Assembly (NCBI GenBank): GCA_030295235.1
Contig: AP026130.1
Coordinates: forward strand, 930,001-994,000
Reading direction: 5' to 3'
From: Fistulifera solaris
Taxonomy: Eukaryota
Length of the DNA stretch: 64,000 nt
Under the pieces are notes generated by a model that did not search any database, was not told the DNA's origin, and saw only the letters and a program-made list of their open reading frames with translations. A program made the translations under genes and the position numbers. The first letter of the stretch is position 1. Each line of letters starts with the position of its first letter. Of the stretch, positions 10,271 through 23,602 are shown piece by piece.

Positions 10271-10813
10271 ATGAAACCTATACCCGACAACATCAAACAG
10301 ATCCTTGGGCAGCTTCAAGGACCGCAACAGGTTGCTCTCAAAGGGTATATTGGTACTTTGCGTGCGGAAATGAAAGATTTGGAGGCACAATTGCACGCAT
10401 TAAAGAACCCGGCGCCGGATCATGGTCACTACCACGGACATGAACTTTGCACTGCAGATCACGGGCATTCCGAGCATGCACACGGTCACAAGAAGGAACA
10501 CGAACACCCTCCCCATCATAAAGAACATGATCAGCATGAGCACCACCATCACAAAGAACACGACCATGAACACGATCATCACAAAGAGCATCACGATCAC
10601 CAGCACAATGATCATTGCGAGCACAAAGATCACGATCATAAACACCATCACAAAGAGCATCACGATCATCACGAGCACAAGCACGAACATCATCATCATG
10701 ATGAAGTGCCGGCCTGGAAGAAAAAGGCCATGGAAAGTGATCCTTCCGCCGCACCCTTTGGTGGAAGCTGGAATGCGGAATCGAATGTGAATGCCAAGCA
10801 TGGTAAACATTAA
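10271..10813 (+). CDS. Histidine-rich protein (putative metal binding)
   Basis: 180 aa: coiled-coil-like N-terminus, HGHYHGHELCTADHGH motif, a long H/E/K/D tract and C-terminal VPAWKKKA...DPSAAPFGGSW; AAAATGA start context. Confidence 0.8.
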   Translation: MKPIPDNIKQILGQLQGPQQVALKGYIGTLRAEMKDLEAQLHALKNPAPDHGHYHGHELCTADHGHSEHAHGHKKEHEHPPHHKEHDQHEHHHHKEHDHEHDHHKEHHDHQHNDHCEHKDHDHKHHHKEHHDHHEHKHEHHHHDEVPAWKKKAMESDPSAAPFGGSWNAESNVNAKHGKH

Positions 10814-10982
10814 AAGTTTTTCAGACATTGTAGTCTTGGGGCGCGAGTGTCGATAGGGGGATGGAACGAATGCAACTTGCAAATATGGTCGGAAAGAAAT
10901 GCAAATAAAGATACTAAAAATAATTTTATTTACCCTACTAAACAAATAGACAAGCGAGACGATTCAAGAAAACGTAAATATA

Positions 10983-12108
10983 TTACTCCAAATCCGGCAA
11001 ATCATCCAAATCGTCCACTTCACCTATATCCGGAATGCCATCATCGTCGTAGCCGCCCATATTGCCGCCACCACCCATACCACCCATACCGCCCATACCG
11101 CCAAACTTGGCCATGAGCTTTTGCATGACCGGGCCGACTTCAGGATCACTCATGAGCTCTTGCATCTTGGCGGGATCGGGCATGCCTCCCGTCATGAGAC
11201 CTTGAAAGGCGGACATGACCTTGGGGTTCTGCATCGCCGCGAGCAACTCGGGATCCGACATGAGACCTCCCAACATGCTTTGAAAGTCCATATTACCCGT
11301 CATACCTCCTGGTACTCCGGGTATACCACCCGGAAAGCCGGGCATCGTACGGGGTGTCGATGATTTCTTCTTGGCTTCTTCTTGCGCCTTTTTGATTTCT
11401 TCCGCTCGTTTTCGCAGTTTCTCTTCTTCTTTGATGCGATCTTCGGCTTGTTTCTTTTCCATTTCAATGTGCTTTTCTGTCAACCATTTTAAATCTTCTA
11501 CGGTACCCTCATCAAAATCAATCGTCTGGGCTTGACTCCAAATCTTTCAAGGCCTCTTCCCACAATCCCAATTCCTTGCGCGCCTTGCCCCGCATGCGCA
11601 AGGCCTTCGCGGAATCGGGATTTTCCTGCAACGCCGCATCGCAATCGCGTTCCGCGGCCTTGGCGCGACCCAATTGCAACAAGCAGTAGGCTCGATTCGC
11701 GTACACGAGCGCGGAGGGAGGGGCGGCCACAATGGCGGCCGTGTATTCTTCGACGGCCTTGTCCCAATTTTTGGCGTCCTTAGCGTCCGCGGCATTCTGT
11801 TTGTGTTCCGCGGCCTTGTCAAAATCTTCGGCGGGAGGTTGATAGAGTGGAGGGAAATCCTCGTCGTCCGCGGGAGGTGTAGCGTCGTTCATTTCGACGT
11901 CGTCGTCGTCACTGCCTCCAAGTTGTTGAATCTTTTCGCGAAGACTTTGAATGTAAGATTCGACCAATTCTAGACGTAATAATGCGGATACGAAAATTTA
12001 ATGAATCATAAATTCTCAAAAGGTCGGAGAGATAACTCAGAAAGACGACTTACCTCGATCCGAAGAGTCAAGTTTCTCGAGGGCAGCGGTCACAGCTGTT
12101 GGTGTCAT
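10983..12108 (-). CDS. ST13: Hsc70-interacting protein (HIP/ST13)-like co-chaperone: TPR + charged region + STI1/DP domain
   Basis: Exon 1 from ATG 12108; intron 12053-11970; TPR (YANRAYCLLQLGRAKAAERDCDAALQENPDSAKALRMRGKA); MSDPELLAAMQNPKV; GGM repeats; apparent 1-nt frameshift near 11540. Confidence 0.85.
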
Positions 12109-12848
12109 ACTTTCGTTCTAAATGCGTCTTTTTTGTTACTTCGTACTTCCGGCACTAACTAAATAGCGCAATCCCGTCAACGAGCGGAATCTGAGTTGCT
12201 ATGTGGTATAAAAGCGGTTGATAATCACTCAATCAAGCAATAATGATGATGAATGATGTCAACAAAATCCTTTATTTTTCTGGTCGTGTGCGGATCGCTT
12301 CGATCCTGGGTTCGCTTACGGAATGACGTACCGGTATCCCAAGACCAGTCCAAATGTTACACGTGGCGCTCGTGAACCGTTTCGCGGTCCCGCACAAGCT
12401 ATGGCGCGATTCGCGAATATTCTTACATCTGCACAATATTACATGAGTATTCACTGATTGACGTGAGAAATGGATGACAGTTCGCATCGAAATAAAACAC
12501 GTTCTTTCTCTTAATCAAGGACAACAGAATATCGGTTTCCTATAAAAAGAAGCTCTGACAAATTCTTTCTTCAGGTACTGTATTCTTCTGAACAGATTAT
12601 CGCCACAAAAGCCTGTGATTAATTTGGTAAACGGTCTGTTAGTGAATGCAAATTCTCTACCGCACCCGTCCTACGGTTAACATCGCCTCATCATTGCGCA
12701 TCTTTCCGGAAATCGCAGAAGAAGCTCTCGTGCGACAAGTAGCATGATATCATGAAATGAAAAGTGCCTGAAGCAGCGTATTAGATCTTGATCATGCAAC
12801 TACGTCGCTCTTTGTATTTTGGGGACACTTCCGAACCTCGTATGTTCG

Positions 12849-13859
12849 CTACAATCCGTCACTATATCTCTCAAGCTCGGAATACACCACAGAATACACC
12901 GACATTGTTATTGCAGCAGATGGGATTCCTCTTCCGTACGCAACTTGCCATCCATGAAACAGCCGTTTATTAACACCCCAAAAGCCCTCTTTGGAAAAAA
13001 TATCTCGTAGAGTGGACCATGCCGAAAAACGCACACTCCAGTCAGTGGACGACTGCACCCATGTTTTCACGGTATCCAGTGGTAAACCAACCAGCCAAAA
13101 AGCAAGACCAGCAGCTCCGCCCGATGCTAGACTGGTGGCAAACTTTGGTGTTTCACCCGGAGGAGTCAATGTATTTTGCATCCCATGCATAGCACAGAAG
13201 AATAAACCACAGCCCAATCCGTCTCGCCACAAAGCCCAAGATGCGCCTCTCCAAAGAGCTCGAACACCTTCTGGTTGTTGTAAAGCATAACGAATGACAT
13301 CGGTACTCCCCTGAAACCGCGTGTGTGACAAGGATTGCTGACAAGCCTGCTGTGTATGCTGCGCAATCAATTGATTGCGCACGAATTCTACAGGTGTGAC
13401 AAATAGCACCGCATTGAACGCCCCACCCATAAATCCGCAAACAAATCGATCCCAGTAATTCAATGAAAGAGTTTCGTTGGGTGGCAAAATAGACTTTCCT
13501 GTATGATATGCAAGATGTTTCCGATCCAGTATCCACACCAGAGTCACATTGTTAACCGCAAACACCGTTGACTTGTAAACAACTTGTGCCGCGAGAGGCA
13601 AACCTATTCCGGTGTAGAGTGCGGGAATTCCTCCGTGTTGCAAGGTGTGCCGAAGTACGTATAGTGGACCGTGAGACCGATGTAGGCCCATTGTTGGTTG
13701 CACCGACGAAGCTTGCATTTTGGTCCGCAAGACATCCATCGGATACAAGACAACAGTACTGGCGATGCCGGAACAACTACCCGCTACAATGGAATTACGA
13801 ACGAGAGACGACCGACAAAGCTCGGACGACGGGGCGGACGAGGACTGTTTCGTTGTCAT
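12849..13859 (-). CDS. Mitochondrial carrier family (SLC25) protein
   Basis: Three Px[DE]xx[KR] signatures: YPMDVLRTKMQ, TPVEFVRNQL, LPLDTVKTWVQ. Confidence 0.93.
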   Translation of the reverse strand: MTTKQSSSAPSSELCRSSLVRNSIVAGSCSGIASTVVLYPMDVLRTKMQASSVQPTMGLHRSHGPLYVLRHTLQHGGIPALYTGIGLPLAAQVVYKSTVFAVNNVTLVWILDRKHLAYHTGKSILPPNETLSLNYWDRFVCGFMGGAFNAVLFVTPVEFVRNQLIAQHTQQACQQSLSHTRFQGSTDVIRYALQQPEGVRALWRGASWALWRDGLGCGLFFCAMHGMQNTLTPPGETPKFATSLASGGAAGLAFWLVGLPLDTVKTWVQSSTDWSVRFSAWSTLRDIFSKEGFWGVNKRLFHGWQVAYGRGIPSAAITMSVYSVVYSELERYSDGL

Positions 13860-14107
13860 GTCCGTGTCGGTGTGTGGGGTTCAAAGAGGTTCAAAATGGA
13901 TCTGACTGCTTTATCAAGCAACAACGAACATGCGACTAACCCAATATCCGAGGCTTGATTATGACCGAATCATGAAGAGATGAGGTGGTGAAGTTATCAA
14001 GCTACCAGTAAGTAACGAATGATAATTCGGCATTCGCATTCATTCGTCATTTTCCCATTTTTCCTTCTGGTCAAAAATAGAAACACATTCGCTAGACTAC
14101 GAAATAA

Positions 14108-15295
14108 TGAAAAACACCTGGTCCAGAATTTCTGGACCAGTCATACAGAATTTCTGTAAGACGTGATCACTATTTCCAGATTTTCTGGAATTCACGCAGA
14201 AGCGATTTTCGTCGAAAAATGCTGTCTCCTATCTTTTATGGAAGCTATCGTCTAGACTACACCATTGCAGTATGATAATACCACCGTCTCCAAATTTCCC
14301 GGACCCAGCACGAACCTCTCTGTGAGATGAAAACACCTGGTCCAGAATTTCTGGACCAGTCATACAGAATTTCTGTAAGACGTGATCACTATTTCCAGAT
14401 TTTCTGGAATTCACGCAGAAGCGATTTTCGTCGAAAAATGCTGTCTCCTATCTTTTATGGAAGCTATAGTCTAGACTACACCATAGCGGTATGACAAATA
14501 CCGCCGTCTCCAAATATCCCGGAACCAGCACGAACCTCTCTGTGAGATGAAAACACCTGGTCCAGAATTCCTGGACCAGTCAAACAGAATTTCTGTAAGA
14601 CGTGATCACTATTTCCAGATTTTCTGGAATTCACGCAGAAGCGATTTTCGTCGAGAAACGCCGTCTCCTATTTTTTTTATGGAAGCAATAGTCTAGACTA
14701 CACCATTGCGGTATGATAAATACCGCCGTCTCCAAATATCCCGGAACCAGCACGAACCTCCCTGTGAGATGAAAACACCTGGTCCAGAATTTCTGGACCA
14801 GTCATACAGAATTTCTGTAAGACGTGATCACTGTCTCCAGATCATCTGGAATTCACGCAGAAGCGATTTTCGTCGAAAAATGCCGTCTCCTATTTTTTAT
14901 GGAAGCTATCGTCTAGACTACACCATTGCAGTATGATAATACCACCGTCTCCAAATATCCCTGAACCAGCACGAACCTCTCTGTGAGATGAAAACACCTG
15001 GTCCAGAATTTCTGGACCAGTCAAACAGAATTTCTGTAAGACGTGATCACTATTTCCAGATTTTCTGGAATTCACGCAGAAGCGATTTTCGTCGAGAAAT
15101 GCTGTCTCCTATCTTTTATGGAAGCTATAGTCTAGACTACACCATTGCGGTATGATAAATACCGCCGTCTCCAAATTTCCCGGAACCAGCACGAACCTCT
15201 CTGTGAGATGAAAACACCTGGTCCAGAATTCCTGGACCAGTCAAACAGAATTTCTGTAAGACGTGATCACTATTTCCAGATTTTCTGGAATGCAC
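14108..15295. repeat. Tandem satellite array, ~220-bp unit, ~5.4 copies
   Basis: AAAACACCTGGTCCAGAATTTCTGGACCAG recurs at ~14111, 14330, 14550, 14772, 14991, 15211; degenerate CAGAAATT motifs continue to ~15790. Confidence 0.96.
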
Positions 15296-16289
15296 GTCAT
15301 GAGTCATGATCGATGATTATTGCTTGCAAAAATTGAGGTCAGGGTGCAATTGATCATACGTGAAATTTGTGCACATGACTAACAATCGGGATAGGGTGCA
15401 TTTGATCATACCTGATACACGATATCTGTTTCAGTTCGAGAATAATACAGATATTTCTGTTCTTCTTCCAGAAAAACTCGACAAGGTGCGTTGCCTACAA
15501 ATGCTTTGTGAGTTCCAGAAATTCTAAGATTAATGTGATTTGTAATACAGAAATTTTGTATAAAAACTAAAGAAATTCTGAACAAGGTTGTATATCATCG
15601 TAAAAGCTTACAGATATTCTGTGATTCGTTCGAGGATCAATCTTACAGATATTTTGGGATGGTTCCAGAACATCTGAAGACAGTGGATTTCTTAAACAGC
15701 CATTCTGTGTATGTTTCAGAAATGCTGGACTCATTGTGGGTTCTGTCACACAGAAATTCTGTATACCAGTTTTAGAAATTCAGGATAATTGGTGTCTAAT
15801 GTTTGTTAAGAGTCTTCGAAGTCCCATTATTTCTTTCAGTATCGTTGAAATTAAGCGCTTTGATTCATGTGTTGTTGATTTGTTGAGATATTTGGAATAG
15901 CTTGCTCCATTTTGTTTGCTCCTAATTTTCCCTTGACTCTGACTGCTGACTGAGGAAGGATAGGACTGAGGTTGAATGAGGTCTGTGCTTCAGCCGTCAT
16001 GAGCCTCTTAATTCTTTTCGTCGCGCGCCCATCATCACACAAAGTGGTGACTCACACTCACACCTCGCGTCAACATTTCATTCAATTTCTTCATCATTCA
16101 ACTAACAAAGCCGCTAATCCTCTTCCATAGAGAACGTTACAAGCAACCGCTATCTGTTCTCGTATATCTTTTCGAGTAAAACTGAAGAGAAAAGCGTTGG
16201 CTGTTTGTTATTTTCTATTTCTAGGAAACCGGCATCATCCGTCGTCGTCGCGTCTTTCTTATCACCATCTTCTTCAATAAGAATACAAC

Positions 16290-19200
16290 ATGCAGATAAT
16301 CATGACTGTATTTGCTTCTGTGCTTGCTGTCACATTTCAACGGAGATATCGTGTCGCCGCCTTTCAACAAGCAAGCACATTTCGCGGCTTTTCAAATTCA
16401 CGGCTGTACGCCCGAGGTAAGTTTGCATTTAATTGGCCCTTCTGGCGATAAGACAACGTTCCGCCTCACATTATTACCCCCTTTCTCAAACAACAACAGA
16501 AGAGAAAAAGGAAAAGAACATATTTGCGTCGACCATTATTTTACCCGATACGCCCTTTTCGCAAAGAGCCAACGCCGTGGTCCGTGAACCAGAATTGCAA
16601 GCCTACTGGAAAGAATCAGGTTTGTACCACAAACTCTCCGAGCAGAACGCCGCGTCGGGTCGTTTCGTACTGCACGATGGACCTCCTTATGCAAATGGAG
16701 ACCTCCATTGTGGTCATGCACTCAATAAGATCCTCAAAGATTTTGTCAACCGAAAACAGCTACTCAACGGCAAGCAAGTGCATTATATTCCCGGCTGGGA
16801 TTGTCATGGTCTTCCCATTGAATTGAAAGTACTGCAAACTATGTCATCGAAAGAGCGCAGTGGCTTGACACCCGTAACGCTCCGTCAAAAGGCGGCCGCC
16901 TTTGCCAAGGAAACGGTTGAAAAACAATCCGTGGCATTCCAGCGATTCGGTATCTATGGCGACTTTGAGAAGCCATACTTGACTTTGCAGCCAGAGTTTG
17001 AGGCAGCTCAGATTCGGGTATTTGGTGAAATGTTCAAAAGGGATACATCTTTCGCGGACGAAAGCCGGTACACTGGTCTCCGTCATCAAGGACCGCTTTG
17101 GCAGAAGCGGAGTTGGAATACCCCGACGGGCACGTTTCGAAAAGTATTTACGTAGCCTTTAATGTCGACAAGCCGTCACAGGCTTTGGAAAAATATCATT
17201 CGGCGCAAGACCCGCTCAAAGTAGCCATCTGGACCACTACACCGTGGACCATGCCCGCCAACTTGGCGGTAGCCGTTAATTCGGATTTGAGTTATTCGGT
17301 CGTATATCACGAGAAAACGGGAAAGTTGCTTGTAGCAACCGACTTGGCCGAAACTCTGGCGAAGAAATTTGCTTTACCAGAGGGAGAAGTGTTTGACGTG
17401 ATGGGGACATTCGAGGGATCGGATTTGGTGGGTACCACATACCAGCATCCTCTCTATGAGCGCAAATCTCCAGTCTTGGCCGGTGGTGACTATATTACAA
17501 CCGAGTCTGGAACTGGTTTAGTGCACACCGCTCCAGGACACGGCCAGGAGGATTATCTGACAGGATTAAAGAATGGATTAGAAATTCTCAGTCCTGTCGA
17601 TGATGTCGGAAAGTTCACTGCCGATGCGGGTGAGAAATTCGCCGGATTAAGTGTATTAGCTGAAGGTAACCAGGCCATCATAGATGCCCTTGCTGAGACA
17701 GGTGCGCTCCTGAAAGCAGAAGACTATGGTCACAAATATCCATACGACTGGCGAACGAAGAAACCGACGATTTTCCGTGCGACCGACCAATGGTTTGCCA
17801 GTGTGGAGGGCTTTCGAGAGTCAGCACTGAAAGCGATCGACACGGTAAGTGTAGCATTTGCGTCGACTACTATTTATTGTATTTTCGCGGATGAAGAAAA
17901 CTTTCATACTATCCTGAGGGTCTGAGCAACTTGCTATGTTGATCCATGTGAAACCGAGCTTTTTAACCCTGACGCATACGGTGTTTCGAATCGTAAGGAA
18001 GACTTTTGGGCTATAGCTCACCTTACTTGTTTATTTGTTCAGGTTAAGTGGGTTCCGGATGTTGGTAAGAATCGTATTACTGCATTTGTTAGTGGACGCG
18101 GCGATTGGTGCATTTCGCGCCAGAGATCGTGGGGAGTACCTATCCCAGTTTTCTACGACAGAGCAACAGGGAAGGAGGTTCTGTTGAACGAAGACACCTT
18201 GCAACACATTCAAGAGCTATTTGTAAAACATGGCAGTGACTGTTGGTGGACTATGGACGAAAAAGACTTACTGCCCGAAAGTTACAAGCCCGAAGCCGAG
18301 AAGTGGGTCAAAGGGACTGATACCATGGATGTGTGGTTCGATTCGGGTTCAAGTTGGGCTGGCGTTGCACAGTCACGAGAGGAACTGGCTTATCCTGCGG
18401 ACATGTATTTAGAAGGTAGTGACCAGCACCGAGGATGGTTTCAGAGCAGTTTGTTGACAAGTGTCGCAAACAACGACCAAGCACCGTACAAGACAGTACT
18501 TACACACGGTTTCGTCTTGGATGAGAAAGGCTTCAAAATGTCCAAGTCATTAGGAAATGTTGTTGACCCCATGCAAGTGATCAAGGGAGGCAATAATCAG
18601 AAACTGGAACCAGCATATGGCGCTGACGTCTTGCGCTTGTGGGTCGCAAACTGTGATTATTCAAGTGACGTATCAATAGGACCCAACATCATCAAACAAA
18701 CGTTCGAAAGCTATCGCAAACTCCGCAATACTGCTCGCTACATGATTGGGAATCTAGCTGACTTTGTACCAGAAGGTCAACCGGGAAGCAACGCAGTCCC
18801 CTACGACGACCTCCCCCTCGATGGATAAATGGATGCTGGGTCGCCTCAGTGCAGTTTTGAAACTTGTGGACGAAGCAATGAACGAATACCAGTTTCAACG
18901 AGCAGTCCAAGAAATTCTGCGATTCGCCACGGCTGATCTCTCCAATTTTTACCTAGATGTCGCCAAAGACCGACTTTACATTTCTGGTATTGACGATTTC
19001 CGAAGACGAAGTTGCCAGACAGTGATTCAGAAATGTTTAGAAGGTTTTGCCAAGGCAATGTCCCCGCTTTTACCTCACATGGCGGAAGATATCTGGCAAA
19101 ACCTGCCATACGAGACCCGTCACGAAAGCGTCTTTGAAGGTGGTTGGCCAGCCGATTTGGCTGCTTATCCCGAATTTGCCGTGGATGAATGGGATCTTGT

Positions 19201-19687
19201 TCGCGAATTGCGCGATGACGTTAACAAAGTACTCGAAGCAGCACGAACCGACAAACTAGTCGGAGCATCATTGGATGGTGCCGCTTTTGTGTATGTAGCA
19301 GACGACAGAAAGAGAGCTATTTTGGAGAAGCTGGTTGGCGACGACAATTTGATTTCGCCTCCTGTAAAAACTAACGGCGTCGACGAGTTACGGACCGCGT
19401 TGATGCTATCACAGGTTTCTCTTGTGGGAAGTGAAACCGCCTTGAAGGAGGCTTGCGACGAGAAATACATTTCGGGCAAGGACACAGCAAGCGGGTGTAT
19501 TGTAGGCGTAAGAAAGGCTTCCGGCGAGAAATGCGGTCGGTGCTGGTTTTATGACGAGCAAATTGGTAAACACGATCTTCCTCATGCGGATGCTTGTCAA
19601 AGATGTAACGAGGCTATTTCCATTTGGGAAAAGAAATCAGGGCAAACGTTTGTGCGTCCAGAAGCAGCTGAGCAACCCGTAGCATAA
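16290..19687 (+). CDS. ileS: Organellar (bacterial type 1) isoleucyl-tRNA synthetase
   Basis: [49 protein letters not shown] and C-terminal KCGRCW..CQRC. Introns 16417-16499 and 17845-18042; frameshifts near 17040 and 18820; signal-like N-terminus ending VAA-F. Confidence 0.95.
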
Positions 19688-19696
19688 AAACCATTT

Positions 19697-20256
19697 TTAT
19701 ATTAGACTATCTTCTCCTATCTGTAAAATGAATCCTCCCCATCTTTGAGTGTCATCTTGTTTTTGACAGTCACTCGAATGGTTGGGATCATCTCGTCACC
19801 ATCCTCCGCTTGAAAAATGCAACTCTCGGGATCGATCATACCTCGGAGAACGGCGGACCACACAATGCGACCAAAGACCGACACGCTGATTGTCGTTGTA
19901 CTGAACACAGCAGCCATGGCGGCGGATGGCTGTCCTCGTAGACCGGGAATTCGTAGTCTCGCGTGCATTTCATCCATCGTTTCGGTCCATTCGCAGCCGT
20001 CGTCTTCCACACCCGGAATGCGGCTGGTACTTTCGTATCCTGTCATGGAAAGTCCCGACAAGATACCTACCGGTAAAGGTTTTTCCAGGTCTTCCATAGT
20101 CAAGCCTAAATCACTTACGTCCACGAAAGCTGGGCTATTATCGGAAGCTCCATTCTTTAACGCGTTAGTGCTGCTTGTGCGCGTTCTTCTTACACTAAAT
20201 GCGCTTGTATTTGCAACGAGAAGAAGGTAGACTACCAGCACGTTCTTAAAGAGCAT
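19697..20256 (-). CDS. Plastid-targeted protein with CS/NudC(p23)-like domain
   Basis: Signal MLFKNVLVVYLLLVANTSA-F; CEWTETMDEMHARLRIP...LRGMIDPESCIF resembles the CS fold. A 1-nt shift in the A-run near 19762 gives a C-terminus KKQDDTQRWGGFILQIGEDSLI*. Confidence 0.6.
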
Positions 20257-20627
20257 TTTTGTTGTTTGATCAAGTAAAGATTGACGGCGTTGTTACTAAA
20301 GTAGTTACCTTACAACAATAATTGATGAGGGATGAAAGAATAATGGGAAAAAATAATTGAAAATGTGAGTCAGTTTTTTCTCGCTTTTGCGCGGTTTGCG
20401 GTTTTTGCGGACGAGAAAATTGACGGTCGACGGCAGGGTTTTGATGTGTCGACGATAGCAAAATGCACGCATTCATCGCATTTATTGTATGCAAACTTTC
20501 GTATTTGAAATGAGAAAACAAAAGTGATGCTGATTACCCTATGATATGACCAGAATACTGTGCTGGAACTAGGAAGGCGATTGCACATCATTTAAAGTAC
20601 ACGAAAGCCCAGAAGTCTCTCTCTGTC

Positions 20628-21692
20628 ATGAATTTTTCCTTCAAAAAGGTGATCAGGCTACTTCTTGCCCTGGTGCTTTTGTTTGAAACAACATACGCCT
20701 GGGAATGGTCGGACTTTATCGGAAGTCACCTGCCGTCACCGGTTGTCGCAACATTGTCATTGGAAGAAGTTTCCGATCTGCGAGCACGGGACATTAAACG
20801 GCGACTCGCCCGGAATCATGGCTACTCGGCCGAGGAATTGGCGCGCATACTCGATAAGAAAGAACTCATACATGCACTGGCTTTTGAGGAAGAAAAGATT
20901 CGTCTTAAATATGAGGATGAAGTGAAACGCGTTCTATTGAAGCGAGGCATTATCACAGCCATCCTCCTGGTTCTAGTCATTGTCTGCTGGCCTTTGTTGC
21001 AACACGCCTACGAGGTTGCTTCCGTCAACTTTGTTGTATATACCGATCGAAAGAGACATGAAGCGCATCGGTGTTGGGAATTGAAATCGTATGCTGGTAT
21101 GGTCGGATGTACGATCATGTTCGTTCTCGATTTGATGCAAGCCTGGTTGACGGCATCCATTCTGTTGTCCTGGGTCATGCGCTCCCGATATTTCTTTCCC
21201 ACTCCCTCATTACCAATAAAACCAGGTCAACTGATGGGAGGTGAGATAGCACGCTCTCCCATGGCAAATTATGGACTCAATGTTGGTCCCATGGCAGTGT
21301 CTTGGGGCATGCGGTTTGTTTATGGACGAATAGAGAGTTGGACGGGTCGTGCGCTGTCTCGAGCTCATCAGACACAGCGACGCGCGGCCCGGGATAACGA
21401 AAGCGAACAAGAGCGAGCCGCTCGAAAGGCTCGGAAACAAGCAAGGCGGGAAGAACGAGAACGACAAGCCGCGATGCGCGTTCCCACTAGCACGCTGCCA
21501 CCGGATTGGATGCAACCGAACAATAATGATTCCGATGAAAGAGGAGAAGGGCCAGCTCCATTCTCAACTGTACATAATGATCACACGGTTGGATCCGAAG
21601 ATAAGCAGTATCCTCTTCCCAGCAGCAAGGAACATGAAGAATTTTTGGAGCAACTCGACTGTCACGTCTCGGAGTTTGATGAATTAGACTAG
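20628..21692 (+). CDS. Hypothetical membrane protein with signal peptide
   Basis: 354-aa ORF with N-terminal signal, two to three hydrophobic segments and a charged C-terminal tail. Confidence 0.75.
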   Translation: MNFSFKKVIRLLLALVLLFETTYAWEWSDFIGSHLPSPVVATLSLEEVSDLRARDIKRRLARNHGYSAEELARILDKKELIHALAFEEEKIRLKYEDEVKRVLLKRGIITAILLVLVIVCWPLLQHAYEVASVNFVVYTDRKRHEAHRCWELKSYAGMVGCTIMFVLDLMQAWLTASILLSWVMRSRYFFPTPSLPIKPGQLMGGEIARSPMANYGLNVGPMAVSWGMRFVYGRIESWTGRALSRAHQTQRRAARDNESEQERAARKARKQARREERERQAAMRVPTSTLPPDWMQPNNNDSDERGEGPAPFSTVHNDHTVGSEDKQYPLPSSKEHEEFLEQLDCHVSEFDELD

Positions 21693-21857
21693 ATAGGTTT
21701 CGAGCATAGACCCTAGCTATAGGTTATAGTCGAGCGTTAACGAATGTTGAGCTAAATCAAGGTCTTTGTATTTTTCTTCTCCATACCAGGTAGAGATGAC
21801 AGATGACAGATGACGGAAAGTTGACGAAGATAGTAAAAGGGGCTTAGAGTTCCGGTC

Positions 21858-23602
21858 TAGTGGTTATACGTGTTGATAGCATTTTGAACCCTAATATGCT
21901 ACCTAAAATGCTATCCAAAAGTACATTTTTGCGCAACTCGTATTCTGTTCAATTTAAGTCCGTTGGTGCTAAACAAAGAACTAGAAGCTTGTTTTGATCC
22001 ATAAGATCAATCGTATACCCCCAGGTCAACGTTGAAAATGACCTGCTCGCGACCTGGAGGAAGTTTCGTCCGCACGTTTTGTTGAAAATTTTCACATCTG
22101 AATCCGGTACCCAAAGTACATTTTATCTCTGACTAGTTGTCTATCCGGTTTCGATAAAACGTGATTTTATCGCAAAAATCTGAAAATGACCGAAAGCACA
22201 CGTGAGCCGACGAGCGTCAAAATAGCACCTTGCGGCCATGAAGACGACGGTTCTGAGCAGCAGCGTGTCCCTTTGATCACAGGAAGACTCTGAATTCTTT
22301 CATATCACACGAAAACAAATAAATAATTGTTACAGTCGCTGAGCGATAGCAGCGTTGACGCCTTGACGACGTCGCCGTGGCATCGCCAGCATAAAGGCCA
22401 ACAGAATGAATTTGTGTGTCACAGTCAAAGCCTACAGTTTATTGCAACATTTGCTGTAATGAGAATAACCGGTATACAAGATCTGACTGTGAAAATGAAA
22501 GCAGAAGACGGTGAGACGAGTCCACACGGCGCAAATGATACTCGCTCAGCGCAATTCGTATTATAAAGAACGTCTTGACTTCCTTTACACCTTGAATCAA
22601 CGCAACTGCTTCCGTCTCATCAGCTTTTCTTACGGTTACTCTATGCTTCGACAAAAAGTTAGCGAGATCTATGTGATTGTGGATAAAAGAAGTCGGCAAT
22701 TTACTTCTCGTAGGTGAGACCGAAGCACTCGTGAAATATCTCATTTCATCATCCAGCGCTCATAAGAAGAAACAATTGCCGTGGTTCGTTTGCACATTCA
22801 AACCGTTTAAACACGGTTAAACTAACTCATAGAATAATTTGGAGGAAAAGAGGTGGTAGCAACATGAGAGTCGGCTTAAACTGAAGTAGCAATATTCAGC
22901 GGCACGTCGCGCAGCTTTTCGAGTATGAATGTCGCGCTTTTTCGTCGGAAGTACATGATGTATTACTAAAAAAGCATTTTAGCCATTAACAATAAATCTA
23001 TGGCCTTAAAAGCAGTGTGATGGCGCCAAGCGCATGAAGTCAAAGTAGCCTTCACTCGGAAAAACCGATTAATAGTAGATGAGAGCGGAATTGTGCCGTT
23101 AACATTCTTCCCCAAGCAAGGACTGCGTATTTCATAAGTTCATTAGTAGTAAGAACAGAATTGGCGAGCGATATGGACAGGAGTTAACTCGTCTCAAGAG
23201 CCACGACCTAGGAAATTTGATAGCATTTGAAATTGAATCGTTTCTTTGATACGAAAGCCACGATTTCCTGTCCCGTGAATAGCCCAGGTTTGCCTTTGCA
23301 CCCAACAGGCTTAGACAGAGAGTTTCCTGTCCTTATAGCCTTTACATTCTTGCTTTATGTCACTTTCAACGCAAGTTTTAGCTAATATGCTATCCCATAT
23401 GCTATCCCTTTCGGGGCACCTCAACTTTTGACACCGACGTCGTATCGAGCCTATTCTTTGTTATATAAATCAAGCTCAATAAGATGTTTTATTATATTGA
23501 AAAACGAAAGCAATCCGACATGTTTTCGAAAAGTTATGGTATCGCAAAAATAGTGAAATTGGATAGCATATGATATTCTACTACCAACACGTATAACCAC
23601 TA
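21858..23602. mobile_element. Non-autonomous TIR DNA transposon derivative (~1.75 kb)
   Basis: 22-bp TIRs TAGTGGTTATACGTGTTGRTAG (21858-21879 / 23581-23602), each end within CTAG; subterminal ATGCTATC/GATAGCAT repeats at both ends; no recognisable transposase ORF. Confidence 0.75.

Noticed and set aside
10338..10945. Antisense hydrophobic (Met/Val-rich) ORFs
   Set aside because: Mirror of the His-rich codons on the plus strand.
14108..15295. Heat-shock element arrays in the GAA/TTC-rich repeats
   Set aside because: The core spacing is GAA-n-TTC rather than canonical GAA-nn-TTC, so contiguous three-unit HSEs are not formed.
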